DNA of 64,000 nucleotides from a virus (taxonomy: Duplodnaviria > Caudoviricetes), in IMG/VR virus record IMGVR_UViG_3300023105_001349, positions 1 through 64,000 of that record, one strand, 5' to 3'. Every line of letters begins with the position of its first letter. Positions within the stretch are counted from its first letter, which is position 1. The position numbers and the translations under genes are program-made. The notes under the pieces were generated by a model. It saw only the letters and a list, made by a program, of their open reading frames with translations. It was not told the origin of the DNA and searched no databases. Shown here piece by piece: positions 1-8,462 of this stretch.

Positions 1-132
1 GCAGTTTTTCGACAGCCAACAATCAGTCTATGCCAATCAAACACCCTACTACCGGATGCCGCTCAGCATGTTACGTGTGCTCCTATACGGATGCTTTTTC
101 CACAGCGGTATTTTCAAACTGGCCCGCTAACC
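1..132 (-). ncRNA. Candidate structured non-coding RNA directly 3' of the GIY-YIG gene (truncated by window edge)
   Basis: 65/132 GC by hand count in an AT-rich genome; four hairpins rich in G-U pairs and a 6-bp loop-to-distal pairing can be drawn on the minus strand; no ORF in the track. Confidence 0.4.
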
Positions 133-582
133 TTATGTGTTGGATTGTTTTGCCTTGATTGTATGTTCTAGCAATGCCTTGCGCAATTTATCGGAACCGC
201 CAACTCTAACATTAATAATTCCATTGTAATACTCGTCGCTCTCTAATACACGGCGGTCAAATTGCTCTCTTGCCTCAATGTAGGACATTTCGCCTCTGCC
301 TTTGCAAAGATATAATATTTCTCTTGTGAAGTTTTTTGGGCCTAGTGCCTTAACGTCTGCATTTAGTCTATCAGATGAACCCCAATAGTCCTTCCAGTCG
401 CTTTCCTTGTAGCCTCTGCGTTTGTTCTTTTTGCCTTTGAGAGGTGGCTTAGTAGTTTTAAATTTGGCTAATTTTTTGCCTATGTATTTTTGCCCAGTTT
501 TAAGATTGGTTATGAGATATACAAAGCCTTCATACTCGTCTGGTATTTTATCTATTACTTTGCCTTCATAAGTCCACTGCAT
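133..582 (-). CDS. Compact stand-alone GIY-YIG endonuclease
   Basis: GFVYLITN...KYIGKK motif, downstream E (YIEAREQF) and N (YYNGII); no C-terminal DNA-binding domain. Confidence 0.8.
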   Translation of the reverse strand: MQWTYEGKVIDKIPDEYEGFVYLITNLKTGQKYIGKKLAKFKTTKPPLKGKKNKRRGYKESDWKDYWGSSDRLNADVKALGPKNFTREILYLCKGRGEMSYIEAREQFDRRVLESDEYYNGIINVRVGGSDKLRKALLEHTIKAKQSNT

Positions 583-590
583 GAACTTAC

Positions 591-803
591 TTATTGTGTG
601 CCTTTTTTCTCAGCCTCTTTCTTGGCGGTATAGTCTTCGTGTATCTCAGCCATACGCTGATAAGCAAGTTCACGAATTTTACGCAACCAGCGTCTACTGC
701 TTGCGTGTGTTCTATGCGACTTGCGTGACTCATACGCCTCGTTTGCCTTAAAATACTCCATGTAGGCTTTTGTCAGCTTGTCATGTGTATCGTCGTCTAT
801 CAT
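591..803 (-). CDS. Small basic helical protein, weakly Hc1/histone-H1-like
   Basis: ATGA-coupled to gp46; Arg/Lys-rich helical hairpin (SRRWLRKIRELAYQRMAEI); family call tentative. Confidence 0.55.
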   Translation of the reverse strand: MIDDDTHDKLTKAYMEYFKANEAYESRKSHRTHASSRRWLRKIRELAYQRMAEIHEDYTAKKEAEKKGTQ

Positions 804-2572
804 TCTACAACTTCAATGTCATTCTCGTAACTAGTAAAACCATTTTCTTTTACAACTTTTAAAATATGATTAACTCTACCTACAAGTTCGTCTTTATGTG
901 AGATAAGGAATACATTCTTATCTCGCTCTCTAGTCATTTTCTTAAGGACACTTAGTGAATTTTCAACACCGGCAGTATCCATACCACTATCAATCAACTC
1001 GTCAATAAACAATAAATTAATCTGTTGATATAGTGATTCCCAAACATCGCGGAATGCAAAACTTAATCCTAAAATTAATCTATTACGTTCGCCTCTTGAC
1101 AAGTTATCAAAGTCTAAGTCTTGACCTAGTTGTGTAATTTCTACTGCTAGATCATTTTGAAATTGTACTTGATGCGGCAAGCCTAATTTATCAAGATAGT
1201 ATGTAAGTCGATTGTTTAGGTATGCTAAGTTTTGATCAATAATTTTTTTACGAATAAAACTATCTTTGTTTGTTAGAAGTTTTAACAAAAATTCTTGATG
1301 TTCTTTTACACTTGTTAATTCGTTAACAGGACCCCAGTCAATTTCTTGAATTGCTTCTTTTTCAAGATCGTCAATTTGACTTTGATAAGGATCTTCTTCT
1401 TGTTCTTTATTAGAAACGGCTGACTTTAAATTGTCTACATTGTTTCTATGGTCGTATGCTTCTTTAGCAGTTTCGTAAAATGTATTAGGCTTGCCATTAA
1501 TATCGCCAATGTCATTAATAGCGTTTACTACTTCAGATAGTTTACCGTTAACATCAGTTTGATATGCGATTGCTTCTTCTAATTCTGTTGCTTTACTAGA
1601 TAAAATTTCTTGTTTTTTGTCTTCGTGTAGCGACTGACCACAAGTATAACATGTTGCATCATCTAATTCTAAGACGTCTTTTTCAATCTTTTTAACACGC
1701 TTGTCGGCTTGTAGTAATGCTGCATCTAGTGTGCTTTTTTCTTTATTAAGAGCCGTCTTTGCGTTATTCATTTCTGTCCAATTAGACAGTTTTTCGTGGG
1801 ATTCTAACTCTGCTTCGATGTCTAAATGTTCTAATTCATTTAAACTTTGTTGTAATTTTGCAAGATCTTGTTGGGTTTTAGTATTCCATGCACGTTGTTT
1901 AGTCTTAAGACTTTTAATAGTTTCTTCAATGTGTGCGTTAGCACTATTGATTGCATCAATCTTTAATGTTTCTTGTGTAATACTTTCTTTAGTTTGACGT
2001 ATGTGTTCTTTTAATGCTTCTGCCTTTTCAGATAGTATTGTAATACCTAACAACTGCTCAATAATAGCACGTTGATCATTTTGACGCATACTTAAGAACG
2101 GTTCGCTGTAGGTATTTAGAGCAACAATATGTTTAAACATATCGTGACTCATTTCTAACAAGTCGTTAATGTATTCTTGTGTTTTACGACTGTCACCTTG
2201 ACTTTCGTCAACCATCTCTTGTTCTTGATCATTGATATAGAACTTTAAAACATTAGGAGAACGTCCGCGCTCAATCCTATAATCTTGTCCGCCCTTCTCA
2301 AAGTGTAGGGTGACCAACATTCCTTTGGAATTAGTCTTGTTAATAAGATTGTTCCGCTTGATGTTGGTCAGTGCTTGGCCGTAAAGTGCGTATGACAATG
2401 CATTAATAATTGTCGTTTTGCCTGTACCGTTACGTGAGCCAGAATCGTCACCTCCTTGGTCTAAGTTTTCGCCCAGCACTAAAGTTAGTTTCTCTTTGTT
2501 AAAATCTACTGCTTGGGTTTGATTGCCCACGCTCATAAAATTCTTTACTGTAAGATCTTTAATTCTAATCAT
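800..2572 (-). CDS. gp46: SbcC/Rad50-like recombination ATPase (T4 gp46 homologue)
   Basis: Walker A NGTGKTT, coiled coil with CYTC zinc hook, signature LSRGE, Walker B LLFIDE, H-loop LISH. Confidence 0.95.
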   Translation of the reverse strand: MIRIKDLTVKNFMSVGNQTQAVDFNKEKLTLVLGENLDQGGDDSGSRNGTGKTTIINALSYALYGQALTNIKRNNLINKTNSKGMLVTLHFEKGGQDYRIERGRSPNVLKFYINDQEQEMVDESQGDSRKTQEYINDLLEMSHDMFKHIVALNTYSEPFLSMRQNDQRAIIEQLLGITILSEKAEALKEHIRQTKESITQETLKIDAINSANAHIEETIKSLKTKQRAWNTKTQQDLAKLQQSLNELEHLDIEAELESHEKLSNWTEMNNAKTALNKEKSTLDAALLQADKRVKKIEKDVLELDDATCYTCGQSLHEDKKQEILSSKATELEEAIAYQTDVNGKLSEVVNAINDIGDINGKPNTFYETAKEAYDHRNNVDNLKSAVSNKEQEEDPYQSQIDDLEKEAIQEIDWGPVNELTSVKEHQEFLLKLLTNKDSFIRKKIIDQNLAYLNNRLTYYLDKLGLPHQVQFQNDLAVEITQLGQDLDFDNLSRGERNRLILGLSFAFRDVWESLYQQINLLFIDELIDSGMDTAGVENSLSVLKKMTRERDKNVFLISHKDELVGRVNHILKVVKENGFTSYENDIEVVE

Positions 2573-3583
2573 TTATAGCTCGTGATATATGTCTAGTAGC
2601 ATTTTTTTGTTAAAGTTATCGCTGTCAATTGCAGTAATTTCTTTAGATACAATTTCGTCAACACTTTCAAATGTTGAAATGTCTACATCTGTTGTAATTT
2701 CTTCAATTTGTTTTTGCGGAATTAGTGTAATTTCTCGACAGTTGTGAGTACTAATGTAAGTTTCTTTGATAAACTGTGCTTCTTCGTAACTAATAGGCAA
2801 GTCTAATGTAACACGCAAATACATTTTAGGTTTAATAATGTCTGCATCTGGGTCGAGTAACTTGCTTAGTGTAGTTGTACGATACTTAGGACAGTTCCAC
2901 CAGTTGATGTATTCGGGTTCTTTGCCGTTTTCTTTGTCAAGGATCATCATGCCGCGTTCGTCGTCCCATGCATCTGCATAGTTGTGCGGAAATGCGTTAC
3001 CAATGTAATGAATTTTACCTTGCACTTGTCGTTTGTGGAAGTGTCCAGAGAACACGTATTCTTGATTTTTAAAATGCTGTGGACGCAAGTCACCGTGATC
3101 TGGCATCTGCACCATAGCATTCATATAGAAACTTGGAAGTTCAAAGTGTCCAAACATATATTTGGATTTAATATTCTCAATTTTCTTCCATTCGTCGCCT
3201 ACAAGCCAGGGAACAAGCACTACATCATCTTCTTCGTAGATCTCGTCTACAAATGTAATGCCGTCAATATGCTTACCAAATATGGTTGAACTTACATCAC
3301 GTTTGTCTTTATAGTACAAATCGTGATTTCCAACGAACATGTAAAATTTATCAAATGCTTTGCCTAGTTTTTCAAGACTGCGAATAGTAGCATCCATAGT
3401 AGTAAGGTTAAGACTATTCCTATTATGGTGCCAATCTCCGCAGAAGATACCAGTTTCGCATTTATTTTCTTTGGCTTGTTCAATAAACCAATCAATAAAT
3501 TCTTCACAGTCGTCATTGTGTATTTTGCTGTTGCCTTTTAACCCGAAATGTATATCAGTAAAGACTGCTGCTTTTTTAAACAA
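2573..3583 (-). CDS. gp47: SbcD/Mre11-like nuclease (T4 gp47 homologue), TTG start
   Basis: Phosphoesterase motifs DIH, GD, GNHD, GHFE, GHFH; adjacent to gp46; GAGG SD upstream. Confidence 0.95.
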   Translation of the reverse strand: MFKKAAVFTDIHFGLKGNSKIHNDDCEEFIDWFIEQAKENKCETGIFCGDWHHNRNSLNLTTMDATIRSLEKLGKAFDKFYMFVGNHDLYYKDKRDVSSTIFGKHIDGITFVDEIYEEDDVVLVPWLVGDEWKKIENIKSKYMFGHFELPSFYMNAMVQMPDHGDLRPQHFKNQEYVFSGHFHKRQVQGKIHYIGNAFPHNYADAWDDERGMMILDKENGKEPEYINWWNCPKYRTTTLSKLLDPDADIIKPKMYLRVTLDLPISYEEAQFIKETYISTHNCREITLIPQKQIEEITTDVDISTFESVDEIVSKEITAIDSDNFNKKMLLDIYHEL

Positions 3584-3609
3584 AACGAATCCTCTATTAT
3601 TTTTTAATA

Positions 3610-3638
3610 AGTTTACTATCTTTTGTGCAGAAAGTCAA
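3610..3638 (-). promoter_or_regulatory. Sigma70-type promoter for gp47-gp46
   Basis: TTGACT (3638-3633), 17-nt spacer, TAAACT (3615-3610). Confidence 0.6.
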
Positions 3639-3641
3639 CCT

Positions 3642-4472
3642 TTATTCTTTATTTTGTAGCTCTTTTTCTCTACGCATTGCTGCTTCCCACTCGCCTTGGC
3701 TTTGTCTAGTGTATGAAGGATTCAAATCATTCATTTCAAGAATGTCGTCACGGATATTTTGGTTACGCTTTTCGAGGTTAATAATGCGTACAAATGAGTT
3801 TGTAACTGCTGCTGTGTAGTAAGCAAACGGATTATTTGATTTAGATTCATCAAATTGTAAGCCAATTTGTGCTAGTTGTAGAATTGCTTGACCACGCATT
3901 TCGTCGTTATAGGTATAACCACGAACATTGCCGCGAGTTGCATATCTTTCACAAAGTTTCATCCACATCTTTGCCAATTCATTTGTTGCTTGTCCTTTTT
4001 TGAGTGCAAAGTTTCCATTTTCCATTCCGCCTTCCCAATGGCTTTTGCCAACACACACTAATTCGTCGTTGTCGTTAAATTTATAGTGTTGAAACGGAGG
4101 AAAGTTTAATTTTACTTTAGTATCTGCTACAGTTTTAGGATTCTTTTTACGTCCAGGCTCTTCCGGAATGTGATCGTATGTCATAACACGAAAGATTAGT
4201 TCTTCTTTTGTGATCTTTCTATAGTCAATTTCGCATTCTGCCTGCTTTACTTTTTCGCCTGCTGCCTTCCTAGCATCGTAATCTGCTGTACCGAGTCTTT
4301 TTGCTTTGTTTCTTTTTGCTTCTGCAATAGTTCTAATGTTAATTTTGTCTACGCTGTCTAAAATAATGTCATATTGATGGTATTCTGAGTCAACAAAACT
4401 ACAAAATGATGATTTAGATTTGTGTATTTCCTTTAAAATGTCTTTGTTGTTTAGATAATTTACTTTTCTCAT
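3642..4472 (-). CDS. gp55: Late-transcription sigma factor (T4 gp55-like)
   Basis: C-terminal FDESKSNNPFAYYTAAVTNSFVRIINLEK matches the gp55 region; gp55-gp47-gp46 synteny. Confidence 0.85.
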   Translation of the reverse strand: MRKVNYLNNKDILKEIHKSKSSFCSFVDSEYHQYDIILDSVDKINIRTIAEAKRNKAKRLGTADYDARKAAGEKVKQAECEIDYRKITKEELIFRVMTYDHIPEEPGRKKNPKTVADTKVKLNFPPFQHYKFNDNDELVCVGKSHWEGGMENGNFALKKGQATNELAKMWMKLCERYATRGNVRGYTYNDEMRGQAILQLAQIGLQFDESKSNNPFAYYTAAVTNSFVRIINLEKRNQNIRDDILEMNDLNPSYTRQSQGEWEAAMRREKELQNKE

Positions 4473-4496
4473 GTATTCTCCTGTAGTTATAGCTCT

Positions 4497-4525
4497 ATTA
4501 TAATATACTCTGTTAATTTTGTCAA
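4497..4525 (-). promoter_or_regulatory. Consensus sigma70 promoter for gp55
   Basis: TTGACA (4525-4520), 17 nt, TATAAT (4502-4497); AGGAG SD before the ATG. Confidence 0.85.
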
Positions 4526-4526
4526 C

Positions 4527-4532
4527 TAAATA
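4527..4532 (+). promoter_or_regulatory. Late-promoter-like TAAATA upstream of baseplate operon
   Basis: Core of the T4 late promoter TATAAATA, 20 nt before the ATG at 4552; recurs before other structural genes. Confidence 0.65.
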
Positions 4533-4551
4533 ATACTATAGGAGACTAATT

Positions 4552-5358
4552 ATGCCAGAACCAAATCCTCAATCAGGACCAAGTAATAGACAAGGATCGG
4601 ATCAATCCACTTTTGGAACTCGTTTAGTTGAACGAGCAAAACAAAGTGTAGTTGACTACCTAGACGATACCAATATTGGTAGAGCGTTACGAGCAATAAA
4701 CCTATTACCTGGTGCAGAACAACCTGATGGTAAATTTACTAGCGGCTCTTGGTATAGCGGGTCATCAACTGATTGGCGTGTTAGATTGTCATTACCTGCA
4801 AACATGTCAGACAGTTATTTGCTTAAACCATTAAAAGAAACAGGTAACAGTTTAGTCTTTCCTTATACTCCTACAGTATTTGTTACACACACGGCAAACT
4901 ATGATCATTTATCTCCTACTCATAGTAATTATCCGTTCAGAATCTACCAGAACAGTCAAATTGACAATATTACTGTTACTGGAACATTTACAGTTGAGAA
5001 TTCTAGAGAAGCAGAGTATTGGATAGCAATGCAACACTATTTGCGTAGTGTTTCTAAGATGGCGTATGGCGAAAGCGGCAATGCCGGCGCTCCTCCTCCA
5101 GTAGTTAAATTTAATGGATATGGTGATTACGTCTTTAATAACGTTCCTGTTGTAGTTAATACATTTAACTATACATTAATGGCAGACGTTGATTACATTA
5201 AAGCAGACATTGGGCCTAATGGATCTTGGGTACCAACACAAAGTGAGATTTCAGTAACACTTCTACCTACATACAGTAGAGATAGTGTTAACAAGTTTAG
5301 CCTAGATACATTTGTCAACGGTGGTTACTTGTTTGGTAACGATAAAGGATACATGTAA
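4552..5358 (+). CDS. Baseplate tail-tube initiator (gp48/gp54, P2 gpU-like)
   Basis: VFPYTPT...GAPPPVVKFNGYGDYVFNNVPVVV pattern of contractile-tail tube initiators; first gene of baseplate operon. Confidence 0.65.
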   Translation: MPEPNPQSGPSNRQGSDQSTFGTRLVERAKQSVVDYLDDTNIGRALRAINLLPGAEQPDGKFTSGSWYSGSSTDWRVRLSLPANMSDSYLLKPLKETGNSLVFPYTPTVFVTHTANYDHLSPTHSNYPFRIYQNSQIDNITVTGTFTVENSREAEYWIAMQHYLRSVSKMAYGESGNAGAPPPVVKFNGYGDYVFNNVPVVVNTFNYTLMADVDYIKADIGPNGSWVPTQSEISVTLLPTYSRDSVNKFSLDTFVNGGYLFGNDKGYM

Positions 5359-5660
5359 TGGCTTCATATAACTCAAGCAGCCCTTGGCATAAAACAAGAA
5401 TAGTAGATGGTCAATATCTTGACCTGCTTAAAATACGTCCTGTTCCTGCTGAGAATGACGATGTGTCTTATACAATAGAACCACAATATACACACCGTCC
5501 TGATTTATTAGCGTTTGACTTATATAACGATCATAAATTATGGTGGGTTTTTGCACAGAGAAATATGAATGTACTAAAAGATCCAATTTATGATTTTGAA
5601 GCAGGTATAACAATTTATCTTCCAAAATTTAGTAGAATTAAAGAAGTGTTAGGAACGTAA
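5358..5660 (+). CDS. gp53: Baseplate wedge LysM-like protein (gp53 / P2 gpX-like)
   Basis: RPDLLAFDLYNDHKLWWVFAQRN...IYLP motif, 100 aa. Confidence 0.8.
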   Translation: MASYNSSSPWHKTRIVDGQYLDLLKIRPVPAENDDVSYTIEPQYTHRPDLLAFDLYNDHKLWWVFAQRNMNVLKDPIYDFEAGITIYLPKFSRIKEVLGT

Positions 5661-5663
5661 TGT

Positions 5664-8462
5664 ATGCCTTTAAATATACAGAACTTAGCTGATCGTGTAA
5701 GATCAACACTTAACACAAGTGTTCAAGAATTTAAAGATGATTTCCAACGTAGCACTGTTGGACAATTACAACAAAGTGCTAATGTTGCTGTGGATGCAGT
5801 TAGATCATCTGTTGAAGGTTCTGTAAATGAAATAAGAGGCGCTGTTCAAGACATTCTTAATCCTTTAACAAGAGCAAGGAATTTATTTGGCCTCCAAGGA
5901 GATAGTCGAAGTAGTAGTACCGGAACACAAGGCGGCGACAACTCAATTAAATCTTCTCAAAAAAAAGTTTATTCAGGCGGTCCCATAGAGAATCCGCTAA
6001 GTGGGTTTGCTTCTTATAACTGTATTTTTACATTAGGCGTTTTAACAAACACAGAACTTGCACATCCAGATTCTACTTATAGAGTTAATGGACCAAGTAC
6101 TGTTGTTTTAAGAAGCGGCGGAACTGGAAATAATCAAGTTAAGACATCTATAGAGAAACAACTTAATATTACAACAGAATATTATATTGATGATGTAGAA
6201 ATTGAATCTATTATTGCACCAAGTCAAAAAACAAAACAAACAAACGCAACAAATTTAACTTTCTCAGTGCATGAGCCTTATAGTATGGGAATGTTTTTAC
6301 AAACACTTTATGAAGCAGCACTTGCTGGAGGACATAAAAATTATTTAGATGCACCATATTTGTTAGATTTAAATTTTGTAGGTTGGGACGATGCCGGAAA
6401 TATTTTACCAGTTCCTGGAGCACGTCGAATGTTTCCAATGAAATTTACAAACATTACATTTAATGTTACAGCTGGAGGAAGTGTTTATAGTGTAGAAGCT
6501 ATTCCGTGGAACGAACAAGCACTATCAGACGAAACACAACTAGTAAAAGAAGATTTTGATATTAAAGGCGAAACAGTAGCAGAGCTTTTACAAACAGGTC
6601 CAGAGAGTTTAGCAGCATTAATGAACTCTAGAGAAATTGCATTAGAAGGATCAGGAAACAAATCAACTGGCAACCAATACGTTATTATATTTCCTAACAG
6701 TAGAACAAGTGCAAGTGGTGAAATAATTTCACCCCCGCCTGCAGAAGAAGGTGCAACTACAGGGTCGGCATCTACAGGTGAACCAGGTTCGGAAAGAGAA
6801 CTTACACAAGAACGAAAGCAACAAATTTTTGATGCAATTACAGGCATAACTAATGGAGATGTTCCTGCTGACTTTGATGCAGAATTAAGCAAACTTACTG
6901 GAACAGTAATACGTAGATCTAATTTAGGTGAAAGTTTTAGAGAATATGCAGAAAGAGCCGAGAATGCTAATGCAATAGGAAGTTCGCAAATTTCAAAATC
7001 TTATCTTGACGGCGGTGAACAAGCATTTGGTAGGCCAGCATTTGTTGAAGACTTAGACGATGATCCCGAAGGAACAACAGTATTTAAAAGAGGCAACATA
7101 ACAATATCAGAAGGCGGCCGCAGAATTAACTTTAAAAAAGGTACTAGGGTACAAGATGTAATTGAAGAAATTGTATTGTTATCACAATACGGTAGAGATT
7201 TTGCAACTGAGAATCCTGATGAGAAAGGTAATAAAACTTGGTTTAGAATTGACACAGATGTGTTTAATGTTACAGATAGTGACAATGTAAGTCAAACTGG
7301 TTCAGCCCCAAAAATATATGTTTATAGAGTTGTACCATTTGAAGTAAACAGCTCTAAATTAAATTCTCCTACGCAACCAACAAAAGGAATTAGTAATTTA
7401 CAACGTCAGGCTATGAAAGAATATAATTATATTTACACTGGCAAAAATGACGACATTATTAATTTTAATATCGAATTAAAGTATGCATTCTTTACTGCAA
7501 TACAAAGTGATTTAGGCCAAAACATTCAAGATACACAGAATTCAGGTGCTAATAGTATAGCAGCACAAAATGCCCAACCTATTTACGGTACTAACAATGG
7601 ACGTAACGATTCTATTCCTAGTACAGGAACAGGAAGTCAACAACAAGTAACACAAACACGAACCGGTAGTAGCATTGGTGGAACACAAGTTCATCCCGAA
7701 ACACAAGTTGCTAGAACGTTAAACGATGCTGTTGTAAACAGTAATGTTGACTTAGTAATGGCAGAAATGGATATATGGGGAGATCCTTATTATATTGCAG
7801 ATAGTGGAATGGGAAATTATCACGCACCGAGCGGCGAAAGTCCAAATATTGATGCTAATGGCGCAATGGATTATCAATATGGAGAAGTTGATGTATTAGT
7901 TAATTTTAGAACTCCTATTGATGTAGGCAACGACGGAGAAATGATATTTCCAGAATTAGGCACAAAAGTTGTAGGACAGTTTAGCGGCCTTTATCAAGTT
8001 ACAATGGTAAGAAATAAAATTAGTCAAAACAAGTTTACACAAATGTTAACAATGCTACGTAGAAGAAATCAAGAAACAGACACTACTGCTGAGCCACAAA
8101 CACAAAATACAGAAACAGTAGTAGAACAAGGACCGCAGGCTTCTATTACTAATGGTACAAACGGAGCAGCAGGCGTTATTAGTGAGCAGCAAAGAATGCT
8201 AAACGAACAAATGGAAGGCTTTGAAGACGAAACTCCAGCAGCAAATAGCACTACTGGTACAGGAGGAACAGCAAATCCTGGAACAAACACAACTCCTACT
8301 ACGCAACACGGATACGATGAAGTTGGTGTAGTGCCTGGACAAACTCGCAGACCCGGATCAGTTGGTTACGGACAAGGACAAGTTGATCCAAGACTTGCTA
8401 GTGCAGCAGGAATAGGTCCTAATAGTGGCAGTCTTGTAGGCGATGACGTAGGAGGAGCATAA
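5664..8462 (+). CDS. Baseplate hub protein (gp27-like) with low-complexity extensions
   Basis: Position between gp53 and gp5; IWGDPYY and GQFSGLYQVTMVRNKISQNKFTQML hub-like motifs. Confidence 0.6.
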   Translation: MPLNIQNLADRVRSTLNTSVQEFKDDFQRSTVGQLQQSANVAVDAVRSSVEGSVNEIRGAVQDILNPLTRARNLFGLQGDSRSSSTGTQGGDNSIKSSQKKVYSGGPIENPLSGFASYNCIFTLGVLTNTELAHPDSTYRVNGPSTVVLRSGGTGNNQVKTSIEKQLNITTEYYIDDVEIESIIAPSQKTKQTNATNLTFSVHEPYSMGMFLQTLYEAALAGGHKNYLDAPYLLDLNFVGWDDAGNILPVPGARRMFPMKFTNITFNVTAGGSVYSVEAIPWNEQALSDETQLVKEDFDIKGETVAELLQTGPESLAALMNSREIALEGSGNKSTGNQYVIIFPNSRTSASGEIISPPPAEEGATTGSASTGEPGSERELTQERKQQIFDAITGITNGDVPADFDAELSKLTGTVIRRSNLGESFREYAERAENANAIGSSQISKSYLDGGEQAFGRPAFVEDLDDDPEGTTVFKRGNITISEGGRRINFKKGTRVQDVIEEIVLLSQYGRDFATENPDEKGNKTWFRIDTDVFNVTDSDNVSQTGSAPKIYVYRVVPFEVNSSKLNSPTQPTKGISNLQRQAMKEYNYIYTGKNDDIINFNIELKYAFFTAIQSDLGQNIQDTQNSGANSIAAQNAQPIYGTNNGRNDSIPSTGTGSQQQVTQTRTGSSIGGTQVHPETQVARTLNDAVVNSNVDLVMAEMDIWGDPYYIADSGMGNYHAPSGESPNIDANGAMDYQYGEVDVLVNFRTPIDVGNDGEMIFPELGTKVVGQFSGLYQVTMVRNKISQNKFTQMLTMLRRRNQETDTTAEPQTQNTETVVEQGPQASITNGTNGAAGVISEQQRMLNEQMEGFEDETPAANSTTGTGGTANPGTNTTPTTQHGYDEVGVVPGQTRRPGSVGYGQGQVDPRLASAAGIGPNSGSLVGDDVGGA

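Noticed and set aside
1-132. Canonical group I intron call
   Set aside because: An A-rich joiner is present but I could not place the P7 (GACUA) and S elements in the required order; kept only as an unclassified RNA candidate
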